A DNA stretch of 64,000 bases from an uncultured Actinomycetes bacterium (GTDB lineage Bacteria > Actinomycetota > Acidimicrobiia > IMCC26256 > JAOSJL01), in contig CAVPGR010000004.1 of NCBI GenBank assembly GCA_963704035.1, positions 1,048,219-1,112,218 of the forward strand, written 5' to 3'. This document shows, piece by piece, positions 51,802 to 61,620 of this stretch (positions are counted from its first letter, which is position 1; each line of letters starts with the position of its first letter). Below the pieces are notes generated by a model. That model had not been told where the DNA came from, did no database searches, and saw nothing but the letters and a program-made list of their open reading frames with translations. A program made the position numbers and the translations under genes.

Positions 51802-52359
51802 TCAGCGGCGGTCTCGCAGAAACGCCCGGAACCGGGCGACACGCGGGTACATCGTCGGTCCGCGCAACGCTACGACCTGCTCCTCGATGTACTCGGCATC
51901 CACGTCGGGGCGCACTGTCGCGACGGACTGGAGGTCGACCCAGTCCTGGGCCCGACCGAACGAGAGCTTGAACACGCACAGGTCTTCGGGCGAGAGAAAC
52001 GGGAGCTCCTTCTCCTGTGGTCCGAAGGGGTGGAGAACCCGCCGCCGTTCGGTTTCGGCGTAGCGTTTGTCCAGTGACGGAAAGACGTCGAGGGGGAACG
52101 GCTCGGTCTCGTGTTCGAACCGGACCCCGGCGACCGGGGGAGCCTTCTCGTCTCGAGGGGCTGGTTGGTAGCCGAGAGCCGCCAGCGCATCGGCGACGCG
52201 GTCCATCTCGGCGGGTGGGAGGAACACGTTGACGTCGATGTCGACGGTTCCCCGAGGCTCGGCCACGTAGCCGAGTGCCAGTGCGCCGCCGAAGGCGTGG
52301 CTGATACCTGCGCGGTCGAGATGATCGTGAACGGCGACGATGAGACCGACGAAGTCCAT
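51802..52359 (-). CDS. minimal nucleotidyltransferase-fold protein (toxin/antitoxin-like partner)
   Basis: GGALALGYVAEPRGTVDIDV fits the hG[GS]x9-13DxD pattern; TGATG junction with the upstream HTH gene. Confidence 0.6.
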   Translation of the reverse strand: MDFVGLIVAVHDHLDRAGISHAFGGALALGYVAEPRGTVDIDVNVFLPPAEMDRVADALAALGYQPAPRDEKAPPVAGVRFEHETEPFPLDVFPSLDKRYAETERRRVLHPFGPQEKELPFLSPEDLCVFKLSFGRAQDWVDLQSVATVRPDVDAEYIEEQVVALRGPTMYPRVARFRAFLRDRR

Positions 52360-52790
52360 CAGCGTGCCCGGACGATCGCTTCCGAGGCCTCGAGTGCAGC
52401 GGTGAGCATCCGGGCCCGTTCCGAAACCGGTGTGTTCCGGTCGACGCTCGGCGGCTCCGGCGGTGGGTCACCGCCCGAGGTGCCGGCGACAGCGGCTGCG
52501 TCGCTGACCGGAGGAGGAAACGCCAGGACGCGGTCGCCGGCTGCGGCAAGGAGCTCGAACCCACACGCCGACACCAGGCGTTGGAGGGTGTCCAGGCCCG
52601 GCGTTCGCCGGCCGTTCTCGATCGCCGAGATGTTCGCCTGCTTCACGCCCGAGATCTCGGCGAGCTGGGTCTGCGTGAGGCCCCGTTCGGCGCGGGCCCG
52701 TCGGATGATTGATTCGATCACCCGTCTAGTATATCGAAGTCGATAACCCCAGGTGTCGGTAGCGTGCGGTCGGAATCGGTCAACGGCCAC
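52359..52790 (-). CDS. XRE-family HTH protein (probable start GTG at 52721)
   Basis: IRRARAERGLTQTQLAEISGVKQANISAIENGRRTP. TATACT (minus, 52733-52728) lies 6 nt upstream of the GTG at 52721, suggesting a leaderless transcript. Confidence 0.7.
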   Translation of the reverse strand: MAVDRFRPHATDTWGYRLRYTRRVIESIIRRARAERGLTQTQLAEISGVKQANISAIENGRRTPGLDTLQRLVSACGFELLAAAGDRVLAFPPPVSDAAAVAGTSGGDPPPEPPSVDRNTPVSERARMLTAALEASEAIVRAR

Positions 52791-52850
52791 CTGGCGGCGG
52801 TGTGGGCGGAACCCTTCTCGAACAGCACCGTTCGTCAGCCGAAGCGTCCG

Positions 52851-54064
52851 TCAGCCGAACCAGCCGTGGCGCAGGTTGTGGGTGGGCGCTCCGCCCGCGT
52901 AGAAGACACGTGTGCGGTTTCCGTCGGCCAGAACTGACGACCACCGACCGGCCGGGCCGTGAATCTGGCCGTGGGGGCCGTTCTGATGGCCGTCGAGCGT
53001 CTCGAAGCCCCATCCCGACCCGGTGAAGTAGCTGTGGCGCAGGCGGTTGTTCCCTCCGTCCCAGTAGAACACCCGCAACCGTCCCGTCGAGACGATCGCG
53101 GAGCTCTCGCCCCGACCGTGCCCTGGATGCGGCCGTTGGGGCCATTCTGGTGGCCGTCGAGCGTTTCGAAACCCCAGCCGGATCCGGTGAAGTACGCGTG
53201 GCGGAGGTCGGAGTCGGGTGAGACGATGGCGTAGAACACGTGGGGGCGGCCGTTGTAGATCGTTGCGGAGTTGTCGACCCCGGCGTTGCCGAGCTTCCGG
53301 CCGTTGGGCCCGTTCATGTGGCCGTCGAGCGTCTCGAAGCCCCAGCCGGATCCGGTGAAGTATCCGTGACGGAGATCGAGCCCGTCGAGGTCGCGGTAGA
53401 AGACGTGCGGCAGTCCGTTGTAGACGACGACGGCTGTCGACCATCCCACGTCGTTCGTCGTGCGTCCGTTGGGGCCCCCGTCGCCGTCGAGGGTCTCGTA
53501 CACCCAGAAGAGCCCGTTGTAGTAGCCGTGGCGCAGCGACTCGTTCGTTCTGTCGTAGTAGAAGACGTGCGGGCGCCCGTTGTAGAGGATCGCGGTGATG
53601 TACTCACCGGTGTTGGCGACGAGCTCTCCGTGGGGCCCGACTCGGTGCCCGTCGAGCGTCTCGAACGCCCAGTACTGACCGTTGTAGTAGCCGTGTCGGA
53701 GTTCGACCGCGCCCGTGTCCCGGTAGAATACGTGGGGCCGGCCGTTGTAGACGATCGCCGAGACGTGCTCGCCGACATCACGCATGACCTCGCCGTGAGG
53801 GCCCGATCGGTGCCCGTCGAGGGTCTCGAACGCCCAGAACTGGCCGTTCCAGTAGCCGTGGCGCAGACGACCATCGGTGATGTCGTAGTAGAAGACGTGG
53901 GGCCGACCGTTGTAGACGACAGCGCTGCTGGCCGAACCCACCGCGTTGATCGACTGGCCGTGGGATCCGCCGTCGCCGTCGAGCGTCTGGAAGCTCCACT
54001 CGCAGCCGCTCATGGCCATGGCGGCAACAAGGGTTCCGATGACGAACCCACGGGCTGCGCTCAT
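52851..54064 (-). CDS. 7 x 54-aa repeat lipoprotein, paralog b (apparent frame break near 53110)
   Basis: MSAARGFVIGTLVAAMAMSGC lipobox; repeats; ends LRHGWFG. Confidence 0.7.
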
Positions 54065-54099
54065 CGGACCAACTTTCCGGCGGCCGGTCAGAGAACGCG

Positions 54100-54128
54100 A
54101 CGCTAGGACCCCAGCCACGAACCGTCAA
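54100..54128 (-). promoter_or_regulatory. conserved promoter cassette upstream of paralog b
   Basis: Minus strand TTGACG, 17 nt, TAGCGT. Confidence 0.55.
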
Positions 54129-54133
54129 CGGGT

Positions 54134-55327
54134 TCAGCCGAAGTAGGTGTGGCGAAGGCGAGCGTTACCGATGTCCCAGTAGAAGACGTGGGGGCGCCCG
54201 TTGTAGAGGACCGCCGCGTTGAACTGGCCCACAACGCCGTTGATGCGGCCGTTTGCTCCGCCGGCTCCGTCGAGAGTCTCGAACCCCCACGCGGAACCGT
54301 TGTAGTACGACTGACGGAGGTCCCCGTTCGTGTTGTCGTAGCTGAAGACCCGGGGACGTCCGTTGTAGAGGATCACCGCGTTCGACAGGCCGACGTCGGC
54401 GTTGATGCGGCCGTTTGCTCCGCCGGCTCCGTCGAGAGTTTCGAACCCCCACGCGGAACCGTTGTAGTAGGCGTGTCGCAGATTCCCGTTGTTGGCGTCG
54501 TAGTAGAACGCATGCGGCCGACCGTTGTAGAGAATCGCCGCGTTGTCGACGCCGACCGTGGCGTTGATACGTCCGTTCGGGCCACCCACGCCGTCGAGGG
54601 TCTCGAAGGCCCAGGTGGTGCCGTTGTAGTAGGCGTGACGCAGACTGTTGAGAGCATCGGCGTGGTAGAAGACGTGTGGTCGACCGTTGTAGAGGATCGT
54701 GGCCCCGTACTCGCCGACGTTGCTGACGACGCGTCCGTTGGGGCCCCCGTTGCCGTCGAGAATCTCGAACGCCCACGCGACGCCGTTGTAGTAGGCGTGT
54801 CGCAGGGTGTCGTCCGTGCTGTCGTAGTAGAAGACGTGCGGTCGGCCGTTGTAGAGGACCACCGAATTGTTCCAACCGACGTCGGTGTTCACGCGTCCGT
54901 TCGGGCCACCCATGCCATCGAGCGTCTCGAAGATCCAGGCCGAACCGTTGTAATAGGCGTGACGGAGACTGTCGAGACCGTCAGAGCGGTAGAAGACGTG
55001 TGGTCGGCCGTTGTAGAGGATCGCCGCTCCGTACTCACCGACGTCGGTGTTGACTCGGCCGTTGGGCCCGCCGTTGCCGTCGAGTGTTTCAAATGCCCAG
55101 AACGAGCCGTTGTAGTACGCGTGACGGAGCGTGCTGTCGGTGTTGTCCCAGTAGAAGATGTGGGGCCGGCCGTTGTAGAGGACTGCCGTGTTGTGGGAGC
55201 CGACGCTGTTGAATGTGCGCCCGTCGGCACCGCCCTGGCCGTCGAGCGTCTCGAAACTCCACTCGCACCCGGTGACGAGCAGAGCGGCAATCGCGAGCCC
55301 GATCAGGAGCTTGCGGGCCTTGCGCAT
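54134..55327 (-). CDS. 7 x 54-aa repeat lipoprotein, paralog c (intact)
   Basis: AGGAG-ATG at 55327; MRKARKLLIGLAIAALLVTGC; seven repeats; ends LRHTYFG. Confidence 0.8.
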   Translation of the reverse strand: MRKARKLLIGLAIAALLVTGCEWSFETLDGQGGADGRTFNSVGSHNTAVLYNGRPHIFYWDNTDSTLRHAYYNGSFWAFETLDGNGGPNGRVNTDVGEYGAAILYNGRPHVFYRSDGLDSLRHAYYNGSAWIFETLDGMGGPNGRVNTDVGWNNSVVLYNGRPHVFYYDSTDDTLRHAYYNGVAWAFEILDGNGGPNGRVVSNVGEYGATILYNGRPHVFYHADALNSLRHAYYNGTTWAFETLDGVGGPNGRINATVGVDNAAILYNGRPHAFYYDANNGNLRHAYYNGSAWGFETLDGAGGANGRINADVGLSNAVILYNGRPRVFSYDNTNGDLRQSYYNGSAWGFETLDGAGGANGRINGVVGQFNAAVLYNGRPHVFYWDIGNARLRHTYFG

Positions 55328-55358
55328 CGGGGCTCCTGGCGTGGCGTGCACCGCAGCA

Positions 55359-55387
55359 ACGCTACGGCCGGCGGTTCAGCGCGTCAA
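55359..55387 (-). promoter_or_regulatory. conserved promoter cassette upstream of paralog c
   Basis: Minus strand TTGACG, 17 nt, TAGCGT; AGGAG RBS downstream. Confidence 0.55.
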
Positions 55388-55392
55388 CGGGT

Positions 55393-56594
55393 TCAGCCGA
55401 AGTACGCGTGGCGAAGGTCGCGATTCGTTTCGCTCCAGTAGAAGACGTGGGGTTGGTTCTGGTACAGGACCACGGCGCTGTAGGTACCGACGAAGTCGGT
55501 CGTTCGGCCGTTCGGCCCGCCGTTACCGTCGAGGGTCTCGAAACCCCATGCGGCGCCGGTGTAGTACGCGTGGCGCAGGGAGTCATCGGAGACGTTCCAG
55601 GAGAACACGCGGGGGCGGCCGTTCTGGAGCACGGCCGAACTGAACGCGCCGACATTGTGGTCGGTGCGCCCGTTGGCGCCGCCGGCGCCGTCGAGGACTT
55701 CGAAGGCCCAGAACTGGCCGTTCCAGTATCCGTGGCGGAGATGACCCATCAACGCGTCGTAGTAGAACACGTGGGGTCGACCGCTGTAGAGCAGCACCGA
55801 GTTGTAGCGGCCGACGGTGTTGGTGGTGCGCCCGTGGGCGCCGCCGCTGCCGTCGAGGGTCTCGAACGCCCAGTACTGACCGTTGTAGTACGCGTGCCGA
55901 AGTGTCCCGCGTCGACGTTGTGGTGGAACACGTGTGGCCGTCCGTTGTAGATGACGACCGCGCTGTACCAGCCGACACCCGCGTTGATCCGACCGTTCGG
56001 ACCGCCAGCACCGTCGAGGGTCTCGAACGCCCAGAACTGACCGTTCCAGTATCCGTGGCGCAGGTCGACGGTCGTGGCGTCGTAGTAGAAGACGTGGGGG
56101 CGACCGTTGTACAGCGTCACAGTGTTGAAGACGCCGACGCTGTGTGTCGTTCTGCCGGCGCTACCACCGGCGCCGTCGAGGGTCTCGAAGACCCACGCCG
56201 TCCCGTTGTAGTAGCCGTGGCGGAGATCGTCGTTGGTCTCGTCGCGGTAGAAGACGTGGGGCCGACCGTTGTAGAGGACTGCCGCGCTGTCGGTTCCTAC
56301 GTCAGCGTTGATGCGGCCGGTGGGTCCACCGGCGCCGTCGAGGGTCTCGAAGACCCACGCCAACCCGTTGTAGTACGCGTGGCGAAGATTCCCTCCCGTC
56401 TGCGCGTAGTAGAAGACGTGGGGGCGCCCGTTGTAGAGGACCGTGGCGTTGTACGTACCGACGTTGGCGTCGATGCTGCCCGTGGGCCCGTTGTGGTCGC
56501 CGTCGAGTGTCTCGAAGCTCCAGACACAGCCGGTCGACAGCAGCGCCGTGGTCGCGACCACGACCAGCAGGTTCCTCGCAGAGCCTGTCGTCAT
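55393..56594 (-). CDS. 7 x 54-aa repeat lipoprotein, paralog d (apparent frame break near 55905)
   Basis: MTTGSARNLLVVVATTALLSTGC; starts 13 nt after the stop of paralog e. Confidence 0.7.
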
Positions 56595-56607
56595 CTCGGT
56601 GACACCG

Positions 56608-57819
56608 CTAGCCGAACCATGCGTGGCGCATGGACGTCGTGGAGAAGTCGGTGCGCAGGTAGAAGACGTAGATCCGACCGCCGGATGTGACCGCCGAGGC
56701 GTTTCCCCCTGCGAAGTCGTTCGTGTGGCCGGGGAGTGTGCTCGCCGATCCGTCGATGATCAGGAACTTCCACGTTCGCGCCGTCCAGTAGGCGCGACGC
56801 AGTAGACCCAGGTCGGTGTCCTGGTAGAAGACGTGAGGCTGGCTGCCGTAGACGGTCGCCGCCGCCCACTGGCCGACGCCGTTGTTGGTGTGCCCCGGGC
56901 GCGTGCTGCCGGTGCCGTCGAGCGTTTCGAAGCCCCACGCCGACCCACCGAACCAGGCGTGTCGGAGCGAGTCGTCGGACTGGTCGTAATAGAAAACGTG
57001 CGGTCGGCCGTTGTAGGGAACGACCGACGGGTAGCGGCCGACGTTGTGGGCCGTGCGTCCGTTGGCCCCGCCGTTTCCGTCGAGAGTTTCGAAGGCCCAC
57101 GCCGACCCACCGAACCAGGCGTGTCGGAGCGCGTTGTCAGTCTGATCGGCGTAGAAGACGTGCGGCCGTCCGTTGTAGAGGATCACCGACGGCTGGAGAC
57201 CGACCCCGTTTGTGGTGCGGCCGTTGGCTCCGCCGTTGCCGTCCAGGGTTTCGAAGGCCCAGGCCACACCGCTGTAGTAGGCGTGGCGCAGTGTGCGGTC
57301 GTCGGACTCCCAGTAGAAGATGTGGGGCCGGCCGTTGTAGAGCATCGACGCGCTGTAGGAACCGGCGTCGTTGGTCGTCCGTCCGTTGGGTCCGCCGTTG
57401 CCGTCGAGCGTTTCGAACGCCCAGAACACGCCGTTCCAGTAGGCATGTCGCAGCGAGTCGGCGTCCTCGTCGTGGTAGAAGACGTGGGGCCGTCCGTTGT
57501 AGAGGATGACCGACGGTTGCCAGCCGGTGTCGGCTTCGCTGTGCCCGGGTAGAACGCTGCCCGTGCCGTCGAGGGTCTCGAAGGCCCAGAACACGCCGTT
57601 CCAGTAGGCGTGACGCAGCGACTCGTTGTTGCTGTCCTTGTAGAAGACATGTGGGTTGCCGTTGTAGATGATCGGCGCGCTCTGGTAGCCGACGTTGTTG
57701 TTGGTGTGACCCGGTCTGGTGCTACCCGGACCGTCGAGCGTCTCGAGGTGCCACTCGCAGCCCGTGGCGAACAGAGCGGCGATCGCGACCCCGACCAGGA
57801 GTTTGCGGGCCTTGCGCAT
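56608..57819 (-). CDS. 7 x 54-aa repeat lipoprotein, paralog e (intact; PGH-type loops)
   Basis: MRKARKLLVGVAIAALFATGC; four blades carry GST.PGHT loops; ends MRHAWFG. Confidence 0.8.
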   Translation of the reverse strand: MRKARKLLVGVAIAALFATGCEWHLETLDGPGSTRPGHTNNNVGYQSAPIIYNGNPHVFYKDSNNESLRHAYWNGVFWAFETLDGTGSVLPGHSEADTGWQPSVILYNGRPHVFYHDEDADSLRHAYWNGVFWAFETLDGNGGPNGRTTNDAGSYSASMLYNGRPHIFYWESDDRTLRHAYYSGVAWAFETLDGNGGANGRTTNGVGLQPSVILYNGRPHVFYADQTDNALRHAWFGGSAWAFETLDGNGGANGRTAHNVGRYPSVVPYNGRPHVFYYDQSDDSLRHAWFGGSAWGFETLDGTGSTRPGHTNNGVGQWAAATVYGSQPHVFYQDTDLGLLRRAYWTARTWKFLIIDGSASTLPGHTNDFAGGNASAVTSGGRIYVFYLRTDFSTTSMRHAWFG

Positions 57820-57848
57820 CGCGGCTCCTGTCCCAAGAGTGGAATACC

Positions 57849-57877
57849 ACGCTACGACCGGCGGTTCGACGCGTCAA
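57849..57877 (-). promoter_or_regulatory. conserved promoter cassette upstream of paralog e
   Basis: Minus strand TTGACG, 17 nt, TAGCGT. Confidence 0.55.
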
Positions 57878-57882
57878 CGGGT

Positions 57883-59083
57883 TCAGCCGAAGTACGTGTG
57901 GCGGAGATCGCCGGCGTCGACGTTGCGGTAGAAGACGTGCGGTCGACCGTTGTACAGCACCACGCCGCTGTACTCGCCGACGTCGTTCGTGGTGCGTCCG
58001 TTCGGACCGCCGTTGCCGTCGAGGATCTCGAAGGCCCAGGCGACTCCGTTCCAGTAGCCGTGGCGGAGATGTCCCATCGCGCCGTTCTCGTAGAAGACGT
58101 GCGGTCGGCCGTTGTACAGGAGAGCATCCGGGTACCGGCCCACGCTTTGCGTCGTGCGTCCGTTTCCTCCGCCGTTGCCGTCGAGGATCTCGAAGGCCCA
58201 GGCGACTCCGTTCCAGTAGCCGTGGCGGAGCTCCTTTCCGTTGAAGTCGTAGTAGAAGACGTGTGGCCGGCCGTTGTAGAGGATCGCCGAGTTGTAGAAG
58301 CCCACGTTCGAGACGACCCGACCGTTTCCCCCGCCGTTTCCGTCGAGCGTCTCGAAGCCCCAGGCAACCCCGTTGCCGTAGGCGTGGCGTAGCCAGCCGT
58401 TGGTGGCGTGCCGGTAGAAGACGTGCATCTGACCGTTGTAGAGCACCACCGCGTTGTACTCGCCGAGATTGGTGTTCAGCCGCCCGTTCGGGCCACCGGC
58501 TCCGTCGAGTGCCTCGAAGAACCACGCTGCGCCGTTGTAGGTGGCGTGACGCAGGTCGCCGTTGTCGTCGTCGTGGTAGAAGACGTGCGGGCGTCCGTTG
58601 TAGATCACAGCGTCGGTGAAGTAGTCGACGTCGGCGTCGATCCGACCGTTGGACCCGCCCTGGCCGTCGAGGGTTTCGAACGCCCAGAACTGGCCGTTGT
58701 AGTAGCCGTGACGCAGGTCACCGCCGGTGAAGTCGCGGTAGAAGACGTGGGGTCGCCCGTTGTAGATCAGGACGGCGGGATACCGCCCGATGCTGGCGTC
58801 GAGCCGGCCGTTGGGTCTCGCCGTTGCCGTCGAGCGTTTCGAACGCCCAGAACTGACCGTTCCAGTAGGCGTGGCGCAGCTCACCGCCGCTTCCGGAGGC
58901 GTAGTAGAAGACATGCGGGCGGCCGTTGTAGAGGATCGCCGCGTTGTCCGACCCCGTCGTCGCTGTGGATTCCCCGTGGGGACCGTTGCGGTGGCCGTCG
59001 AGTGTCTCGAAGTGCCACTCGCACCCGGTCGCGAACAGTGCGGCGACGACTGCCCCGATGACGATCGCCCTGGCTCCCCTCAT
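57883..59083 (-). CDS. 7 x 54-aa repeat lipoprotein, paralog f (apparent frame break near 58813)
   Basis: AGGAAGGG-ATG at 59083, 17 nt after the stop of paralog g; MRGARAIVIGAVVAALFATGC. Confidence 0.7.
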
Positions 59084-59100
59084 TCTGCGCACCCTTCCTG

Positions 59101-60306
59101 TCAGCCGAACCAAGCATGGCGGAGGTTGCCGCCGCCGGTCTGCTCATAGGAGACCACGCGTGTTCGGGTTCCGTCGACCACGACGGCGTTGTACCGACCG
59201 GTGTTGCCGTCGATTCGCCCGTTGGGGCCGTTGCTCGTCCCGTCGAGTGTCTCGAAACCCCAGGCGCTTCCTGTGTAGTACGCGTGGCGAAGGTCTCCGT
59301 TGGTGAGGTCGTGGGAGAAGACGCGCAGCCGTCCACCCGACACGACGGCGGCGTTGTCGAGCCCCGTGGCAGCGGTTGTCCGGCCGTGGGGTCCACCGTT
59401 CCCGTCGAGCGTTTCGAATCCCCATGCGGAACCCGTGAAGTAGGCGTGGCGGAGGTCGCTCGAGTTCGTTCGGTAGAAGACGTGCGGTCGATCGCCGTAC
59501 AGCACGGCAGCATTGTCGTATCCTGTGCTCTCGTTGACGCGTCCGTTGGGTCCGTTCTGGTGTCCGTCGAGAATCTCGAAGGCCCACGTGGTGCCACTCC
59601 AGTAGCCGTGGCGGAGATCGAAGCTCGTGTTGTCCAGGTAGAAGACATGCGGTCGGCCGTTGTACATCACCACGGTGCTCGCGAATCCGACGTTGTGGGC
59701 CGTTCGTCCGTTGGAGCCCCCGGCGCCGTCGAGTGTCTCGAACACCCACTGGAGGTCGTTGTAGTAGCCGTGTCGGAGGTCGCCGTTCGTGTTGTCGCGG
59801 TAGAAGACGTGGGGACGGCCGTTGTGGAGCACCGACGTGCCGTTGTCGCCGACGTTGCCGAGGAGCTCACCGTTCGGTCCGTCGCGGTGTCCGTCGAGTT
59901 TCTCGAAGACCCAGGCGCTTCCGTTGTAGTAGCCGTGTCGGAGATCGAGCGCGCCGACATCGCTGTAGAAGACGTGGGGCCGACCGTTGTAGATGACAGC
60001 AGACGTGAACCGCCCCACGTCGCGTGTCGTGCGACCGTTCGAGCCACCGACGCCGTCGAGGGTCTGGAACGCCCAGAACTGGCCGTTCCAGTAGGCGTGG
60101 CGAAGGGCCTCGTCGGTGACGTCGTAGTAGAAGACGTGGGGCCGACCGTTGTAGAGCAGCGCGGCCTTCGGCAGCCACCCGACCTGGTGAGTGGTCCGGC
60201 CGCTGGGTCCACCATCGCCGTCGAGGGTCTCGAAGCTCCACTCACAGCCGGCGGCGACCAGGGCGGCGGCGGTGACGGCGATCAGGAGCGCCCGGATCCG
60301 TCGCAT
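59101..60306 (-). CDS. 7 x 54-aa repeat lipoprotein, paralog g (intact)
   Basis: MRRIRALLIAVTAAALVAAGC; ends LRHAWFG. Confidence 0.8.
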   Translation of the reverse strand: MRRIRALLIAVTAAALVAAGCEWSFETLDGDGGPSGRTTHQVGWLPKAALLYNGRPHVFYYDVTDEALRHAYWNGQFWAFQTLDGVGGSNGRTTRDVGRFTSAVIYNGRPHVFYSDVGALDLRHGYYNGSAWVFEKLDGHRDGPNGELLGNVGDNGTSVLHNGRPHVFYRDNTNGDLRHGYYNDLQWVFETLDGAGGSNGRTAHNVGFASTVVMYNGRPHVFYLDNTSFDLRHGYWSGTTWAFEILDGHQNGPNGRVNESTGYDNAAVLYGDRPHVFYRTNSSDLRHAYFTGSAWGFETLDGNGGPHGRTTAATGLDNAAVVSGGRLRVFSHDLTNGDLRHAYYTGSAWGFETLDGTSNGPNGRIDGNTGRYNAVVVDGTRTRVVSYEQTGGGNLRHAWFG

Positions 60307-60339
60307 CGCACCGGTCCCCGTGTTGCCGGTTATTCCGCG

Positions 60340-60368
60340 ACGCTACGACCGGGCTCGCAAGCCGTCAA
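60340..60368 (-). promoter_or_regulatory. conserved promoter cassette upstream of paralog g
   Basis: Minus strand TTGACG, 17 nt, TAGCGT. Confidence 0.55.
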
Positions 60369-60402
60369 CGGGCGCCCAGCGCCGACGCGGCTTCTGAGGG
60401 GT

Positions 60403-61620
60403 TCAGCCGAACCAGACGTGGCGGAGGGTGTTGGTGCCGGTGATGTCACGGGTGAAGACGTGGACGTCTCCACCGGTGACAACTACCGAGTTGTTGTAAC
60501 CCACGGCGTCGTTCGTCGAACCGGGTAGTCCGCCGACGCCGTCGATGGTTTCGAGGATCCATGCCGTTCCGTTCCAGTAGGCGCGCCGGAGCGTGTCGGG
60601 TACGGCTCCGCCGTGGAACACCTGGGGCTTGCCGCCGTAGATCGTTGCGGCGGCCTCGTAGCCCACGTTGTTGTTCGTGTGCCCGGGCAGGGTGCTTCCC
60701 GGGCCGTCGAGCGCCTCGAAGGCCCAAGCCATGCCGTTGTAGTAGGCGTGACGCAGCGCCTTGTTGGCGGCGTCCTGATAGAAGACGTGTGGGCGCGCGT
60801 TGTACAGAACGACTGCGGGATATTGGCCGACAGCGTTCACGGTGTGACCCGGCACGGTGCTTCCCGGGCCGTCGAGCGCCTCGAAGGCCCACGCCACGCC
60901 GTTCCAGTAGGCGTGACGCAACGAGGTGTCCGTGATGTCGTCATAGAACACATGTGGTCTGCCGTTGTAGACGACAGCGGCCGAGTGTGTGCCGACCTCG
61001 TTCAGCGTGTGACCGGGTCGGGTGCTTCCCGTGCCGTCGAGCGTCTCGAAGGCCCACGCGACGCCGTTGTAGTAGGCGTGGCGCAGCGATTTGTCTGTGT
61101 CGTCGTAGTAGAAGACGTGGGGCCGAGCGTTGTACAGAAGAGTCGTTGTCGCCTTGCCCACGTCGTGAGTCGTACGCCCACCGCCGCCCCCGGCGCCGTC
61201 GAGGACCTCGAACGCCCAGGCGACACCGTTCCAGTAGGCGTGGCGCAGAACATCGTCGGTTTCGTCGTCGTAGAAGATGTGCGGCCGGCCGTTGTACACC
61301 AGAGCCGCCGACGGGCGACCGACGTGGTTGTTGGTGTGGCCCGGCCGGGGGCTGGTGGAGCCGTCGAGCGTCTCGAAGGCCCAGGCGATGCCGTTCCAGT
61401 AGGCGTGGCGTAGTACCCAGTTGGTCCCGTTGGCGCGCCCCGCATAGAACACATGCGGGTTGCCGTTGTAGACGATCGCCGAGCTGAAGTAACCCTGGGA
61501 CTCGGTCGACGAACCGGGTCGGCCGCCGGGGCCGTCGAGCGTTTCGAAGTGCCAGTCGCATCCTGTGGCGAATAGAGCCATGAGCGCGACGCCGACGGTC
61601 AGTGTCCGCAGACGGCTCAT
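60403..61620 (-). CDS. 7 x 54-aa repeat lipoprotein, paralog h (intact; PGH-type loops)
   Basis: ATGA overlap with the stop of paralog i; MSRLRTLTVGVALMALFATGC; ends LRHVWFG. Confidence 0.8.
   Translation of the reverse strand: MSRLRTLTVGVALMALFATGCDWHFETLDGPGGRPGSSTESQGYFSSAIVYNGNPHVFYAGRANGTNWVLRHAYWNGIAWAFETLDGSTSPRPGHTNNHVGRPSAALVYNGRPHIFYDDETDDVLRHAYWNGVAWAFEVLDGAGGGGGRTTHDVGKATTTLLYNARPHVFYYDDTDKSLRHAYYNGVAWAFETLDGTGSTRPGHTLNEVGTHSAAVVYNGRPHVFYDDITDTSLRHAYWNGVAWAFEALDGPGSTVPGHTVNAVGQYPAVVLYNARPHVFYQDAANKALRHAYYNGMAWAFEALDGPGSTLPGHTNNNVGYEAAATIYGGKPQVFHGGAVPDTLRRAYWNGTAWILETIDGVGGLPGSTNDAVGYNNSVVVTGGDVHVFTRDITGTNTLRHVWFG

Noticed and set aside
52835-52850. tcagccgaag 16 nt below the stop of paralog b as a vestige of a deleted paralog's 3' end
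   Set aside because: It is a 10-nt match only. It could mark a paralog lost when the XRE/NTase pair inserted, but it is too short to distinguish from chance.
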